From assembly GCF_006345805.1 (NCBI RefSeq), contig NC_043015.1, forward strand, positions 47,430,001-47,494,000: DNA of 64,000 bases, in the 5' to 3' direction. The first letter of the stretch is position 1; each line of letters begins with the position of its first letter. The stretch is from Octopus sinensis. Taxonomy: Eukaryota. The notes beneath the pieces are model-generated. The model did no database searches. It had not been told where the DNA came from and was given only the letters and a program-made list of their open reading frames with translations. Below are positions 25,560 through 37,005 of this stretch, one piece after another. The position numbers were made by a program, and so were the translations under genes.

Positions 25560-26515
25560 CATCATCCTCATCATCCTCATCATCATCATCATCATCACCC
25601 TTATCATCACCATCATCATCATCATTTAACGTCTGTTTTCTATGCTGGCATGGGTTGGACTGCTTTACAGATACTGGCAAAGTCAGAGGCCGCACCGGTC
25701 CCATTGTCTGTTTTGGTTTGGTTTCTACACCTGGGTGCTCTTGCTAACGCCAACCACTTTACAGAGTGTAGTGGGCGCCTTTTACGAGGAACCATCACCA
25801 GTACTTTTGCATGTGACACCATCACCACTGGTTTTCACGTAGCACCAGCACCAGTGCTTTTTACGTGGCGTCAACACCACTACTTTTTGTGTAGCACCAG
25901 CACCAACGCTTTTTACGTGGAACCTTGGTCTTAGGATATCAATTCTGTAGTGGCGAGCAGATCTTCTTGAGTACAGCAATACGCCACATATCTTGGTCCT
26001 TTGTAAGGCTCAGTGTTTTGAGGTCGGTTTTCAATACTTCGCCCCATATCTTTCTGGGTCTCCTACGTCCGCAACTTTCCTCCATTTTAAGTGGTTGACA
26101 CTTCTATATGCAACTGTCCTCATCCATCCGCATCGCATGACCAAACCAGCACAGTCTACTCTCTTGCGTACTGCATTCCTCTTATGCCTAACTTTTCTCT
26201 CAGTACACTACTGCTCTGTAGCACATGCACACTAACATTGCACATCATGTGGAGCATACCAGCTTCGTTCCACTCTAGTCTCCGCATGTCCGCTGCATTC
26301 AGGGCCTATGCTTCGCTATCAGGTAGCATTGCAGTTCGCACGCATGTATCGTACAATCTTCCTTTCATTCGGAGACAGAGACCTTCGTTTGCCAACAGAA
26401 GTAAAATCTCTCTGAACTTCCTCCAACCTATTCTTATTCCAGCCTTTACACTTTCGGTACATCCCCCTCCACTGTTAATTAGATCTCCTAGGTAACAGAA
26501 ATTGTGTGTGCAAAG
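25560..26515 (-). mobile_element. RTE-clade LINE 3' fragment with (GAT)n tail
   Basis: YLGDLINSGGGCTES...WRKFREI...KGRLYDTCVRTAML. The 3' UTR ends CATGCCAGCATAGAAAACAGACGTTAAATGATGATG. Homologous to 58765-59795. Confidence 0.85.
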
Positions 26516-26883
26516 GCGACGAGCTGGCAGAAACATTAGCACGTCGGGCGAAATGCTTAGCAGTATTTCGTCTGCCACTACGTTCTGAGTTCAAATTCCG
26601 CCGAGGTTGACTTTGCCTTTCATCCTTTCGGGGTCGATTAAATAAGTACCATTTACGCACTGGGGTCGATGTAATCGACTTAATACCTTTGTCTGTCCTT
26701 GTTTGTCTCCTCTATGTTTAGCCCCTTGTGGGCAATAAAGAAATAAGAACCGTTAGCACGCCAGACAAAATGCTTAGCGGAATTTCATCCGGCTTTATAT
26801 TCTGAGTTCAAATTCCACTGAGGTCGATTTTACCTTTCATCCTTTCGGGATAGATAAAATAATTGACGGTGGAGCATTGGAGG

Positions 26884-27016
26884 CTGGGCCGGCCCTAGGG
26901 TGTACAAACTGATGGTCGTGGAAATTTTCTTGTGTTTGTCATGCCCTCCTTGGTGCCCCCTAGCACATACTGCCCCGGGTGACTGCCCGAGAGGCCGGTA
27001 CCTTGAGCCGGCCCTG
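26884..27016. mobile_element. hAT-type MITE nested in a SINE A copy
   Basis: TIRs C(T/A)GGGCCGGC and 8-bp TSD ATTGGAGG/ACTGGAGG. Confidence 0.7.
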
Positions 27017-27300
27017 ACTGGAGGACTGGAATCGGTGTAATCGACTAACCCTCGCTTACCCAAAATTCCAGGAGTTTGTGCTTATAGTAGAAAAATTATT
27101 GACGATAGGCACGTATATCTATTTGGAAGGCAGTTTAATTTTTAATTCATTCCAATTATAAATCTTTATTCATTTCTTTTCTAGTTCCAAGAAGAGAATT
27201 TACCATTTTTGTTAATTTTAATACAGATTAAACATTAACAAACAATAAACATGTTCTTCAATGTGTCTCTTTCCAGATTTGATTTCACATTTTCAAAATA

Positions 27301-27471
27301 ATGAAGTCGATATACAGAGAAATATTTTATGTGAATTTTGCAATTCTATTGCCTTTTGTCTTTGGTCATGGACGTCTATTGGAACCTCCTTCAAGAACAA
27401 GCATGTGGCGCTTTGGATATAACACTCCTCCAGATTATGATGATAACGGACACAATTGCGGTGGAGTAGGG
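27301..27471 (+). CDS. AA15-family lytic polysaccharide monooxygenase (chitin-binding type-4 / LPMO domain), coding exon 1 of 4: signal peptide plus His1
   Basis: ATG at 27301 gives MKSIYREIFYVNFAILLPFVFG then HGRLLEPPSRTSMWRFGYNTPPDYDDNGHNCGGVG. The hydrophobic leader is followed directly by His (codon 27367-69), the LPMO N-terminal signature. Donor GTAAGA at 27472 (phase 0). An acceptor TTCCAG at 27271-76 implies an upstream non-coding exon. Confidence 0.93.
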
Positions 27472-27552
27472 GTAAGAATGCGTTTCGCACTTTCTTTTAA
27501 CCTGTTTCACTCATTGGAATACAGCCATGTTGTTGGATAGGCTTCAACGGTT

Positions 27553-27786
27553 ACTCTTTTACTCTTTTACTTGTTTCAGTCATTTGACTGTGGCCATGCT
27601 GGAGTCGAGCAAATCGACCCCAGGACTTATTCTTTGTAAGCCTAGTACTTATTCTGTCGGTTCTTTTGCCGAACCGCTAAGTTACGGGGACGTAAACACA
27701 TTAGCATCGGTTGTCAAGCGATGTTGAGTGGGGGAGACAAACACAGACACACAAATATATACACACCTACACACACACACACACAC

Positions 27787-27840
<54 letters not shown>

Positions 27841-27970
27841 GACAGGCTTCTTTCAGTTTCCGTCTACCAAATTCACTCACAAGGCTTTGGTCGCCCGAGG
27901 GTATTGTAGAAGACATTTTCCCAAGGTGCCATGTGGTTGGTAAGCAAGCTACTTAACACACAGCCACTCC
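27553..27970 (-). mobile_element. SINE family B in LPMO intron 1
   Basis: Reverse complement of the family B layout, starting CTCTTTTACTCTTTTAC. Confidence 0.85.
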
Positions 27971-28113
27971 GCATCAACTGCTCTCGCACTGAGTTCAGTC
28001 AGATACTTATTTCTTCGATATCTATTGTCTCACCACTAAGTTTATTTTAGGTGCATTTTCAACAACAAATTTGCCTATATTTTTTCCTGCGTGGAAATAC
28101 AACCCCTCTTTTG

Positions 28114-28158
<45 letters not shown>

Positions 28159-29164
28159 TATGCACACACTCACACACTCAGATAGACAGAATGATGATCC
28201 ATAGGTCCCTTTACATCAATATAAATTAGCTGACAACTGAGTTCATTTGAGATCAGTTGAGCTTCTTATTATGGCTCTCCGCTTCCTGTCTTTCGATCAT
28301 ACTCGTCAGCTCCTCACCACAGACTTCACCCACCTCCCTACTGCCTCCATTAACCACCCCCAACGACTCCAGTCATTTACTTTTATTAACTGCCACAACT
28401 CAGGGATTATGGGATAGCTTGTCTACTACCCTGTTGTTCATACTGCCGGTCACCCTGTCCATTCTTAGTTATATTGTGTCAGTTTTAGAACAACGAATAT
28501 TCGCTTATCTGTTTTTCGTTTTCGTATTTGGTTTGCTAGATACTTGATGTGAATTTGTGTGTTGAAACAGATTCAGGGTAGACCTTGAAAAGAGTGGGCA
28601 TGTCAATGAAAAGGTCGCAAATTGCGACGAAATTATTTTGACAGGCAAACAACTGGTTGATTGTTTAACCAGCTCATTAAACAAACGATCGATTAATTAG
28701 TTGGTTAAATATTTAACCAATTGATTAGCAGTAAAGAAGTGATACTGAACCAAGGCATGTGTTTATTATAATTGGCGTAATGACCCTCCCAAGACAATAT
28801 TTTTTTTAATAATGATATTTTTAGAAATATATAAAATAATGTTTACGCAATAAAAATTTAGAAACTTCGAGAGACATGAAATAATTCATTTATCTACTTC
28901 GAGTCCCACTGTTAAAGAGAAAACGAATTATTAAAAATAATATATACATAAAAAATATTCACAACAAAATAGAAAAGATGGTTTTGAAAATATATATAAA
29001 CAAAATTGTAAAAAAAAAAAAAAACGCTCATTCGTTTTGGCGGTAAAGTTTTTCAAAGCGTTTTCATTGCCCTCCCCAAAATTCTAGGATGTGCACTTGC
29101 ATCCCGTACGACCCCAGTGTCCAAGCCTATGAACTCTGTTGACTGCTGCCCTCTAATTTGTTCT

Positions 29165-29765
29165 TATTTCTTAATTACCCACAAGGGGCTAAACATAGAG
29201 GGGACAAACAAGGACAGGCAAACGAATTAAGTAGATTACATCGACCCCAGTGCGTAACTGGTACTTAATTTATCGACCCCGAAAGGATGAAAGGCAAAGC
29301 TGACATCGGCGGAATTTGAATTCAGAACGTAACGGCAGACGAAATACCTATTTCTTTACTACCCACAAGGGGCTAAACACAGAGGGGACAAGCAAGGACA
29401 GACAAACGGATTAAGTCGATTATATCGACCCCAGTGCGTAGCTGGTACTTATTTAATCGACCCCGAAAGGACGAAAGGCAAAGCCAACCTCGGCGGAATT
29501 TGAATTCAGAACGTAACGGCAGACGAAATACCTATTTCTTTACTACCCAGAAGGGGCTAAACACAGAGGGGACAAGCAAGGACAGACAAACGGATTAAGT
29601 CGATTATATCGACCCCAGTGCGTAACTGGTACTTATTTAATCGACTCCGAAAGGACGAAAGGCAAAGCCAACCTCGGCGGAATTTGAATTCAGAACGTAA
29701 AGAAAGACGAAATACCACTAAGCATTTCGCCCGGCGTGCTAACGTTTCTGCCAGCTCACTGCCTT
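29165..29765 (-). mobile_element. SINE family A trimer (~180-bp period)
   Basis: Three tandem units joined at GAAATACC|TATTTC (29341, 29525). The head is present only on the 29760 end. Confidence 0.9.
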
Positions 29766-29789
29766 ACAGCTGCCATCTAAGTTGTTCTG

Positions 29790-30500
29790 TCGTTAACAAT
29801 ACCTTTCCTTTTTTGGTGATCAATACAGCACTTGATCAGGCTGCCCAGAACTTTTAAAATGCGGTCTAGGTCCTGTATTTCTTTGTACACTCTGAGAAAG
29901 ATTGCGAACAACAGTCGACTTTCATACTGTTAACATAAGCTAGTCACTGCATTGACAGGATTAGTATTGTACTTGGCAGTGGCGTCAGCTGCAACGCTTA
30001 AGTGCTGGGGGTTTTATCATACTATAAGATGTTTAGGGTCTTAAAGAGGTATAGAAAGAATCCGGCTTTCTTAAGAAAGCTGGGACCTGAAGTATGGGTA
30101 CGCAAATGTTGGTAGACCACATCGAACCTGCATAAAATAAACTGTTCGACAACTCCGAGTGCACCCGAGAAGACCTACCTATTTCTTTACTGCCTACAAG
30201 AGGCTACACACAGAGGGAACAAACAAGGACAGACAAAGGGATTAAGTCGATTATATCGACCCCAGTGTGTAACTGGTACTTATTTAATCGACCCCGAAAG
30301 GATGAAAGGCAAAGTCGACCTCGGCAGAATTTGAACTCAGAACGTAACGGCAGACGAAATACCGCCCGAGAAGACCTACCACCTGCAATGGCAGACCGAA
30401 CTGACTGGAAAATATTAGTCAGGGCAATCCGTGCAAGAAGTACGGCCGGATGATAATGACGATGATGGCGGCGGCGGCGTCGGTGGTGGTGGTGGTGGTG
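29790..30500 (+). mobile_element. RTE LINE 3' remnant interrupted by a headless SINE A monomer (30180-30364)
   Basis: EDLPPAMADRTDWKILVRAIRARS is the typical RTE ORF C-terminus, followed by a (GAT/GGT) tail. The SINE insert has a 16-bp TSD CCCGAGAAGACCTACC. Confidence 0.7.
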
Positions 30501-31299
30501 GTGGTGAAGATGAACGAGGTCCGTGATGCTAAGGACACTTACTTCATAGAGTCTAATATTAGCCTTTGTATTTAATATTTTGTTCTGCTATACTCTTTTT
30601 CTTTTTCTTTTTTTTTCCAAGCACTGAGTCTGCTTTGTCTATTCCTATACTTATTTCTTCATCTAAAAATTTCAATGATGTCACAGTAGAACTTCAAATA
30701 GAAATTAATTATCAACTGTTCCCAATGGTCTTCAATCCAAGACAATGCAAACAAGAGTGCTGATTCCTTGTGATAAGATAATTATATTCCTTGTGATGAT
30801 CCCAAGTGAAAAGGCTGAGGAAAACATATCAGTCCCTTTCTTTGACTCGCAGCAAACCAATGACCACTATGACTCACAGCAGACCTACGAAATAGGCACT
30901 GAATTTGTCCTGCGATACAATCCGTCACTCGTACGAAGTGCTGCTGAAAATCTGCATACAACTGTCTGGAATTGATTAGTACGCTCTCATTATGATCCGC
31001 TGAAGCAGGAACCCTACTCTGTGGCCACTTTGTACCTCCACCACTCGAATGCATGAAATAGTTTTCATATCTTGGTGTATAAGATCTCGCATCTTAGCTC
31101 TGACAAAGCAGCTTTCGTGCTGCGCGTTGAAGAAATGGTCGAGAGCTAATCTTGCCGCTAACCCATCGGTCTCAATACCATTCTAGGTGTGTCTTCTACA
31201 TTTCTAACTTGGTCTCTTTGTCTAGTTTTTTTCTATAATTATTAAATCTTACTGATTCTACTCTAATCACCCTTTCCAAGGCGAACAACCATTTGTTAT

Positions 31300-31750
31300 T
31301 AACAATTGCCCCCATCAACATCTACTTAACTAACTCTGTCGCTGTAAAATTGGCATGTTGAGAACAAAGTCTTTCACATTCTTGCAAATGGTAGTTGCAG
31401 TTGGTGAAGTAGTAGTTGCAGTAATTGGTGTTTTTGATGCTGTGGTATTGGCAGTAGAAGAGGGGAGCTTCTTTCAGCAGTTACTTATGTTGTTGTTGTT
31501 TTAGGGGTAGAAGGCCTTGAGATGATTGGTGATACCACAATTGCAACATCTAAGCCTTTCCTATCCATACCACCTGCAGGTGTTGTCCTCTTGTAATCTC
31601 TATTAGGTCGAAGATCCTGTCTAGTATCTCAGATTTCACTGAGTCAGGTTCTTCAACCCTATCCTAACCCCAAATTTTCTTCTTGAAAATTTTTGTCATT
31701 TCTAACCATGTGTTGGGCTCTTCTTACACAACACATCTAGCCACCAACGA
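31300..31750 (-). mobile_element. Possible decayed retroelement gag/ORF1 with zinc knuckle
   Basis: Minus 31548-31507 reads CCNCGITNHLKAFY, i.e. C-x2-C-x4-H-x4-Y, where TAC is one change from TGC. No intact ORF. Confidence 0.3.
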
Positions 31751-32526
31751 AACGTCTAGTTCTGGTGGTAGTCTTGTAATTTTTTACCCTGATCACTCTC
31801 TGTCCCAAATAAATTGGTATCAATACAAATTCCTCGCTACTGCTTGAGATGATGCTTCTGGGCCAGGGTCACCAAGTGAAAATTTACTCACATGCAGCAA
31901 TGCTGGTTGGCACTAATGATGAAGTCTGTTTCACAAGCTGCTTTCAGGCATATTTCCACTTGTTGAGGAGAGATTCACTCCAGTCCATGCCTTTTCTAGG
32001 GTCTACATCAGTATGCCGCTGTTCCTCTTCCTGCTTGCTCTAGCAGCTGTGGTGATGCCATGAGTTTTTCTTCTGCTGTCTCTGCTGATGATTTTCTGCT
32101 TGTTCCAAATGTTGATGTTTTTTGTCCAGTTGGACTAAATCAAATGTTTTTACAGTACCAGCAAAGGTGTTGCTTTTTTACCATGCTTCTAATGCAATTG
32201 CTGCTGTTACCATTGTTGTTGTTGTGTCTATATAATTTACTCCACCACCACCATCACCACCGAAATTACTGGCCTTGATGCAAAACATGAAACCATTCTT
32301 ATTTCTACCATTAATGCAGTGATCTGGCAGAACTATTAGCATGCCAGGCAAAATGCTTAGCAGCATTTTATCCATCTTTCTGTCCTGAGTTCAAACTTCA
32401 CCAAGGTCAAATTTGTCTTTCATCCTTCCAGGATGGATAAAACGAGTACTAGTCAATTACTGGGTTCGATGCAATGGTCTTTCCTCTTCCCTCAAAATCT
32501 GCTGGTCCTTTGCCAAAATCTGAAAC

Positions 32527-32559
<33 letters not shown>

Positions 32560-32777
32560 CTCTTATTATAAAAGGCAGATTTTATCTGCCTCCCTTTGTC
32601 TCTTATAGAAATCTACAATATAGGATTTCTTCAATTACAATTTACCTAGCATTTTTAAGAGTAGAATGCATCGGGTCGTGCCAGGTACAGTTTTTCAAAT
32701 TTCACCCCCAATTAAGCAAAATTTCGAGAAAACTCACTTTGTGGTGTGTAAGTGAAGTGCTTTTCTTAGTGTGGGCT

Positions 32778-32820
<43 letters not shown>

Positions 32821-33495
32821 AGCGAACTGCTTCACTCATGCTATCACCCTAATTTCTCCTCCTTTCTCTTTGCAAGTGTGCAACGATTAAAGTGAAAGTA
32901 TTTATATAAAACCGATCAACTGCTTCACTCATACTTTCTCTTTGCAAGTGTACCTTAACCCACTACTCAAAAAAAAAACACAGCAAACAGAAACAAATAA
33001 ATACATAACGATTTACTCCTCACACAATTTCTTCAATTAGTTTACCTATGATTTTTCAAAGTACTTCCATTCGGTCATGGCATACAAAATTTCTTTCAAT
33101 TTCACCCCCATTCAGAAAAAATTCGGAAAACTAATATATTTTACCATTTCACTTCAAAGTCTTTACTCTGCATATTACTCCCACTTCCTCTTTACACACA
33201 TACACACGCAAAATATATAAATAAAATTGTAAGCTAACGTGTGTGTGTGTGTGTGCATGTGTGTGAGTGTGTGTGTGTGTTGTGTGGTGTGCGTGGTGTG
33301 TGTGAGGGTGCGTACTGGTTTTCAGTTCATATTAATCAAAAGTAATATTCACACAAGAAGGACTATTCCTTATAATACATCAGTTCCACACATTTACCCT
33401 GGATCCATTTCGGACAACTGCACAAACATTTGCCATTTCACACATGTATGTAAACAAATTCATTCTTAAAGATTCAATTCATTTTCTTTTCAATT

Positions 33496-34180
33496 CATAC
33501 AAAGTTTTTTAGGACGAATATAAGATCTAAAGTATATCAAGTAGCAGAAAGATCGCCCAAAAGTGTATATAGATATTTAAATGTATTTATATATTCATCT
33601 ATACACAGATGTATGTATAATGTGTGTGTATATATTTCCATAGAGTAACCATTCACTCCATACAAAGTTATTTAGGACAAATATAAGATCTAAAGTATAT
33701 CCCAGTAGCAGAAAGATCGCCCAAAAGTGTATATAGATATTTAAATGTATTTTATATTTCATCTATACACAGATGTATGTATAATGTGTGTGTATATATT
33801 TCCATAGACGAAACCATTCACTCCACACAAAGTTTTTTAGGACGAAAATAAGATCTAAAGTTATCTCTAAGTAGCAGAAAGATCGCCCAAAAGTGTATAT
33901 AGACATATAAATGTATTTATATATTCATCTATGCACACATGTATGTATAACGTGTGTGTATATATTTCCATAGAGGTAACCATTCACTCCATACAAAGTT
34001 TTTTAGGACGAAAATAAGATCTAAAGTTATCTCTAAGAAACAGAAAGATCGCCCAAAAGTGTATATAGATATTTAAATGTATTTATATATTCATCTATAC
34101 ACACATGTATGTATAATGTGCGTGTATATTTTTCCGTAGAGGTAACCATTCAATCCATACAAAGTTTTTTAGGACGAAAA
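33496..34180. repeat. ~165-bp minisatellite, four full units plus a partial unit
   Basis: Units begin CATACAAAGTT at 33496, 33659, 33824, 33990 and 34156. Confidence 0.92.
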
Positions 34181-34432
34181 TCTTTATATATAAAAGAAAG
34201 GTTGTGTGTCTGTCTACTCCGATTTAGATTCCTAACTACTCCCACATTTTGCGATGCAGTTTAACCAAAACCGGGTATCTTATAGTCGTGATTCATATCG
34301 AGCCCTTCTGGGTATTAGCGCGCGTCTACGATGAGTCTACGATTTTACAAATAATTTACCATAATTGTTTTCCATTTTAATGCATATTTTTTTAATAAAG
34401 GGAAGTAACTCTCAAACTTCACACCAATATGC

Positions 34433-34948
34433 GTGCATATGCGACGTAATATCACATCAGCAGCATTTCCTCACACCCTCCTTGCACTTGGCGAAGGCAA
34501 AATACCAGGGGATGAAAATGGTAATATTGCCATCGATTCCATTTGTACCATTGTTAAGACGCCTTCTGATCTCAGAGATGCAGTGTTCCCAGATCTACAA
34601 GCTAATTATCAGAATATGGATTGGATTGGCAAAAAGGCTACTCTGGCCCCGACGAATAAAACTGTTCACCATATTAATGATGAAATGCTAAAACTCATTC
34701 CTGGGGAAGTCTATGTATATCAGTCTATCGATACAACTCCTGACCCAGAGGACGTCATCAACTATCCAATAGAGGTACTCAATTCCTTTGAGCACCCCGG
34801 ACTACCACCACACTTTCTCAAACTTAAAGTTGGTGCCCCTATAATGCTCATCAGAAATTTGGTTCCCCCAAAACAATGCAATGGCACACGTTTGATCGTT
34901 AAGTCCTTATCTCCCACAGTAAACTTATATCAATATTTACCTGAATAA
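34433..34948 (+). pseudogene. Helitron RepHel PIF1-like helicase fragment
   Basis: LLALGEGK...AVFPDL...LAPTNKTVHHIN...YQSIDT...YPIEVLNS...GLPPHFLKLKVGAPIMLIRNL...CNGTRLIV. It lies between Helitron termini 34181 and 35024. Confidence 0.9.
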
Positions 34949-35376
34949 TCATCATAATTCAGTGCAATCATTAACAGTACTTTCAAGCAATTCAGCCCCG
35001 AGCAACGCCGGGCAATTCTGCTAGTCTCTATATAACGGCAAAATGTCTGCGTGTGTGTCCTTTATACAAATCCACAATTTCAGTCAGAGGGCTCACACTT
35101 CTATGGTCATTTAAAACCTCCAAGGGTGGTCGTGTGCACATCTTTACATTTCCCAGTCACCCTGCAAAGCCATTAAAAAATCAATAGAAAGACTTTTTTG
35201 TGAATTTTCTATCCAAAACCCAATCAAAATGCCTGAAACTTGATACGCCAATTGAATGCCAGCTAGCTGTATGTGATTGGTCGGAGATTGGACAGTACTC
35301 GCATGTATGTGGCACGCACGCAGCTGTATATGCATGCACTAGCACTATGACCCGGCAACTCCAGGTCATAGTGCTA

Positions 35377-35415
<39 letters not shown>

Positions 35416-36608
35416 TAAAATATTTTGTGGCATTTCTTCTGGTTATTTGTTCTGGGTTCAAATACTGTCAAGGTCAACTTTACCTTTTCAACCTCTAGGG
35501 GTTGATAAAATAAGTACCAGTTGAGCACTGGGGCCAATGTAATCAACTAATCCTGTCTTCATTTCTGGCATTGTACCAACTTTTAAAATCATTATTATTA
35601 CTATTATCATGCTGCTGAATTTGACTTTGCCCTTTTTTCCTTTTGGGGTCACTGAAATAAGTACCATTTGAACACTGGAATCAGTGTAATCATCGAACCC
35701 ACCCACCAAAATTGTTTTCCTCTCCCACCAAAATTTCAGGCCTTGTGCCTATAGAACAGTAGTTCCAAGAATCTTTTAATCTATAAAACCCTTTGATTAT
35801 TATTCTTTTCTAGTAGACCTCCATAGTCATTCAATACTGTAAAACTAGTTCTATAGAGGTTTCTTTGTAAAATTTCTATTTTGTTTTTGTGTAGGCTGAA
35901 CTATGCAAAATATTAGAGACAGAAACTTAGTCATTTCTTGCAATAAATATATCCAAGGTAAAATTTTTTTCATGAACTCTTAAAATAGTGCTGTCGATTC
36001 ACATTTTACTATTTTGCTTCGGTGGACCTGCAAAAGTTTTACACGAACCCTCAGATGTCATATGAACCCTAATCAAGAACCACGACTATAGAAGAAAGTG
36101 TTATTATTATTAAGATGACAAAAGGCAGCAAGCTGGCTGAATTGTTAGCATGCTGGATGAAATGCTTAGCGGTATTTTGCCCATTGCTACGTCCTGAGTT
36201 CAAACTCTGTCGAGGTTGACTTTGCCTTTCATCCTTTTGGGGTCGATAAAATAAGTACCAGTCGAACACTGGGGTTGATGTAATCGACTCATTCCCTCCC
36301 CCGAAATTGCTGCCCTTGTGGAAAAATTTGAAAGCCATTATTAAGGCGGCAAGCTGGCAGAATCATTAGAATGTCGAGCAAAATGTTTAGTGTTCTAAGT
36401 TCAAATTCTGCCAAGGTCAATTTTGCCTTTCAGCCTTTTGGGGTCAATTAAGTAAGTTTCAGTTGTGCACCAGGGTCGATGTAATTGACTTAGCCCTCCA
36501 CTGAAATTGCTGGCTGTGTGCCAAAATTTGAAACCATTATTATTTTTTTTTTGCAAAAAAAATTGAAAAATAAAACTTTTACAAATCCTATTTATTTGAT
36601 TTTTTTAG

Positions 36609-36844
36609 CTGCAATTTGGAAAAAATAAAGGAAAGTGTGGAATGTGTGGTGACCCTTACTATGGACCTCGTGACAGTGAAGCTGGAGGAATTTTTGCCAA
36701 AGGGATCATTACTCGAAATTATAAATCAGGAGGAATACTAAATGTTTTAATTCAAATAACTGCCAATCACAAAGGCTACTTTGAATTCCATCTTTGTCCT
36801 AATAACAATGTTAAGGAGAGGATAACACAAGAATGTCTAGATAA
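36609..36844 (+). CDS. AA15 LPMO coding exon 2
   Basis: T-rich acceptor ending TTTAG at 36608 (phase 0). Reads LQFGKNKGKCGMCGDPYYGPRDSEAGGIFAKGIITRNYKSGGILNVLIQITANHKGYFEFHLCPNNNVKERITQECLD, with the second brace His in TANHKG (36768-70). Donor GTATGA at 36845 (phase 2). Confidence 0.93.
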
Positions 36845-37005
36845 GTATGAGAATATTTCTTAATATTTACCTTTCATTGAATTTTCAGATAATTTTTACA
36901 CTTCCTGTGCATTTTCTATATACTGATCGTGAACTTTTGATTATTTTTTCTGATGAGTTGTAGTGCACCTGAGCACTGTAGACAATAATTTCAATATCAA
37001 TATTA

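Larger units (their letters stand above)
32559..35377 (+). mobile_element. Composite Helitron block inserted in an (ATT)n tract of LPMO intron 1
   Basis: TC-starting 5' ends at 32559, 34181 and 35025. Hairpin+CTAG 3' ends at 35024 and 35377. A|TC...CTAG|T junction with (ATT)n on both outer flanks. Confidence 0.75.

Noticed and set aside
28280-28330. CUGACGA-GUAUGAUC-GAAA on the minus strand
   Set aside because: Stem II is 1 bp and there is no compatible stem III or cleavage triplet.
33496-34180. Regularly spaced repeats resembling a CRISPR array (also the SINE multimers)
   Set aside because: Units repeat along their whole length with no unique spacers, the context is eukaryotic, and there are no cas genes.
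36950-36990. CUGAUGA followed by a hairpin (related copies at ~41120 and ~14190)
   Set aside because: No GAAA follows. It is a stem-loop plus (ATT)n typical of a LINE/SINE 3' tail.
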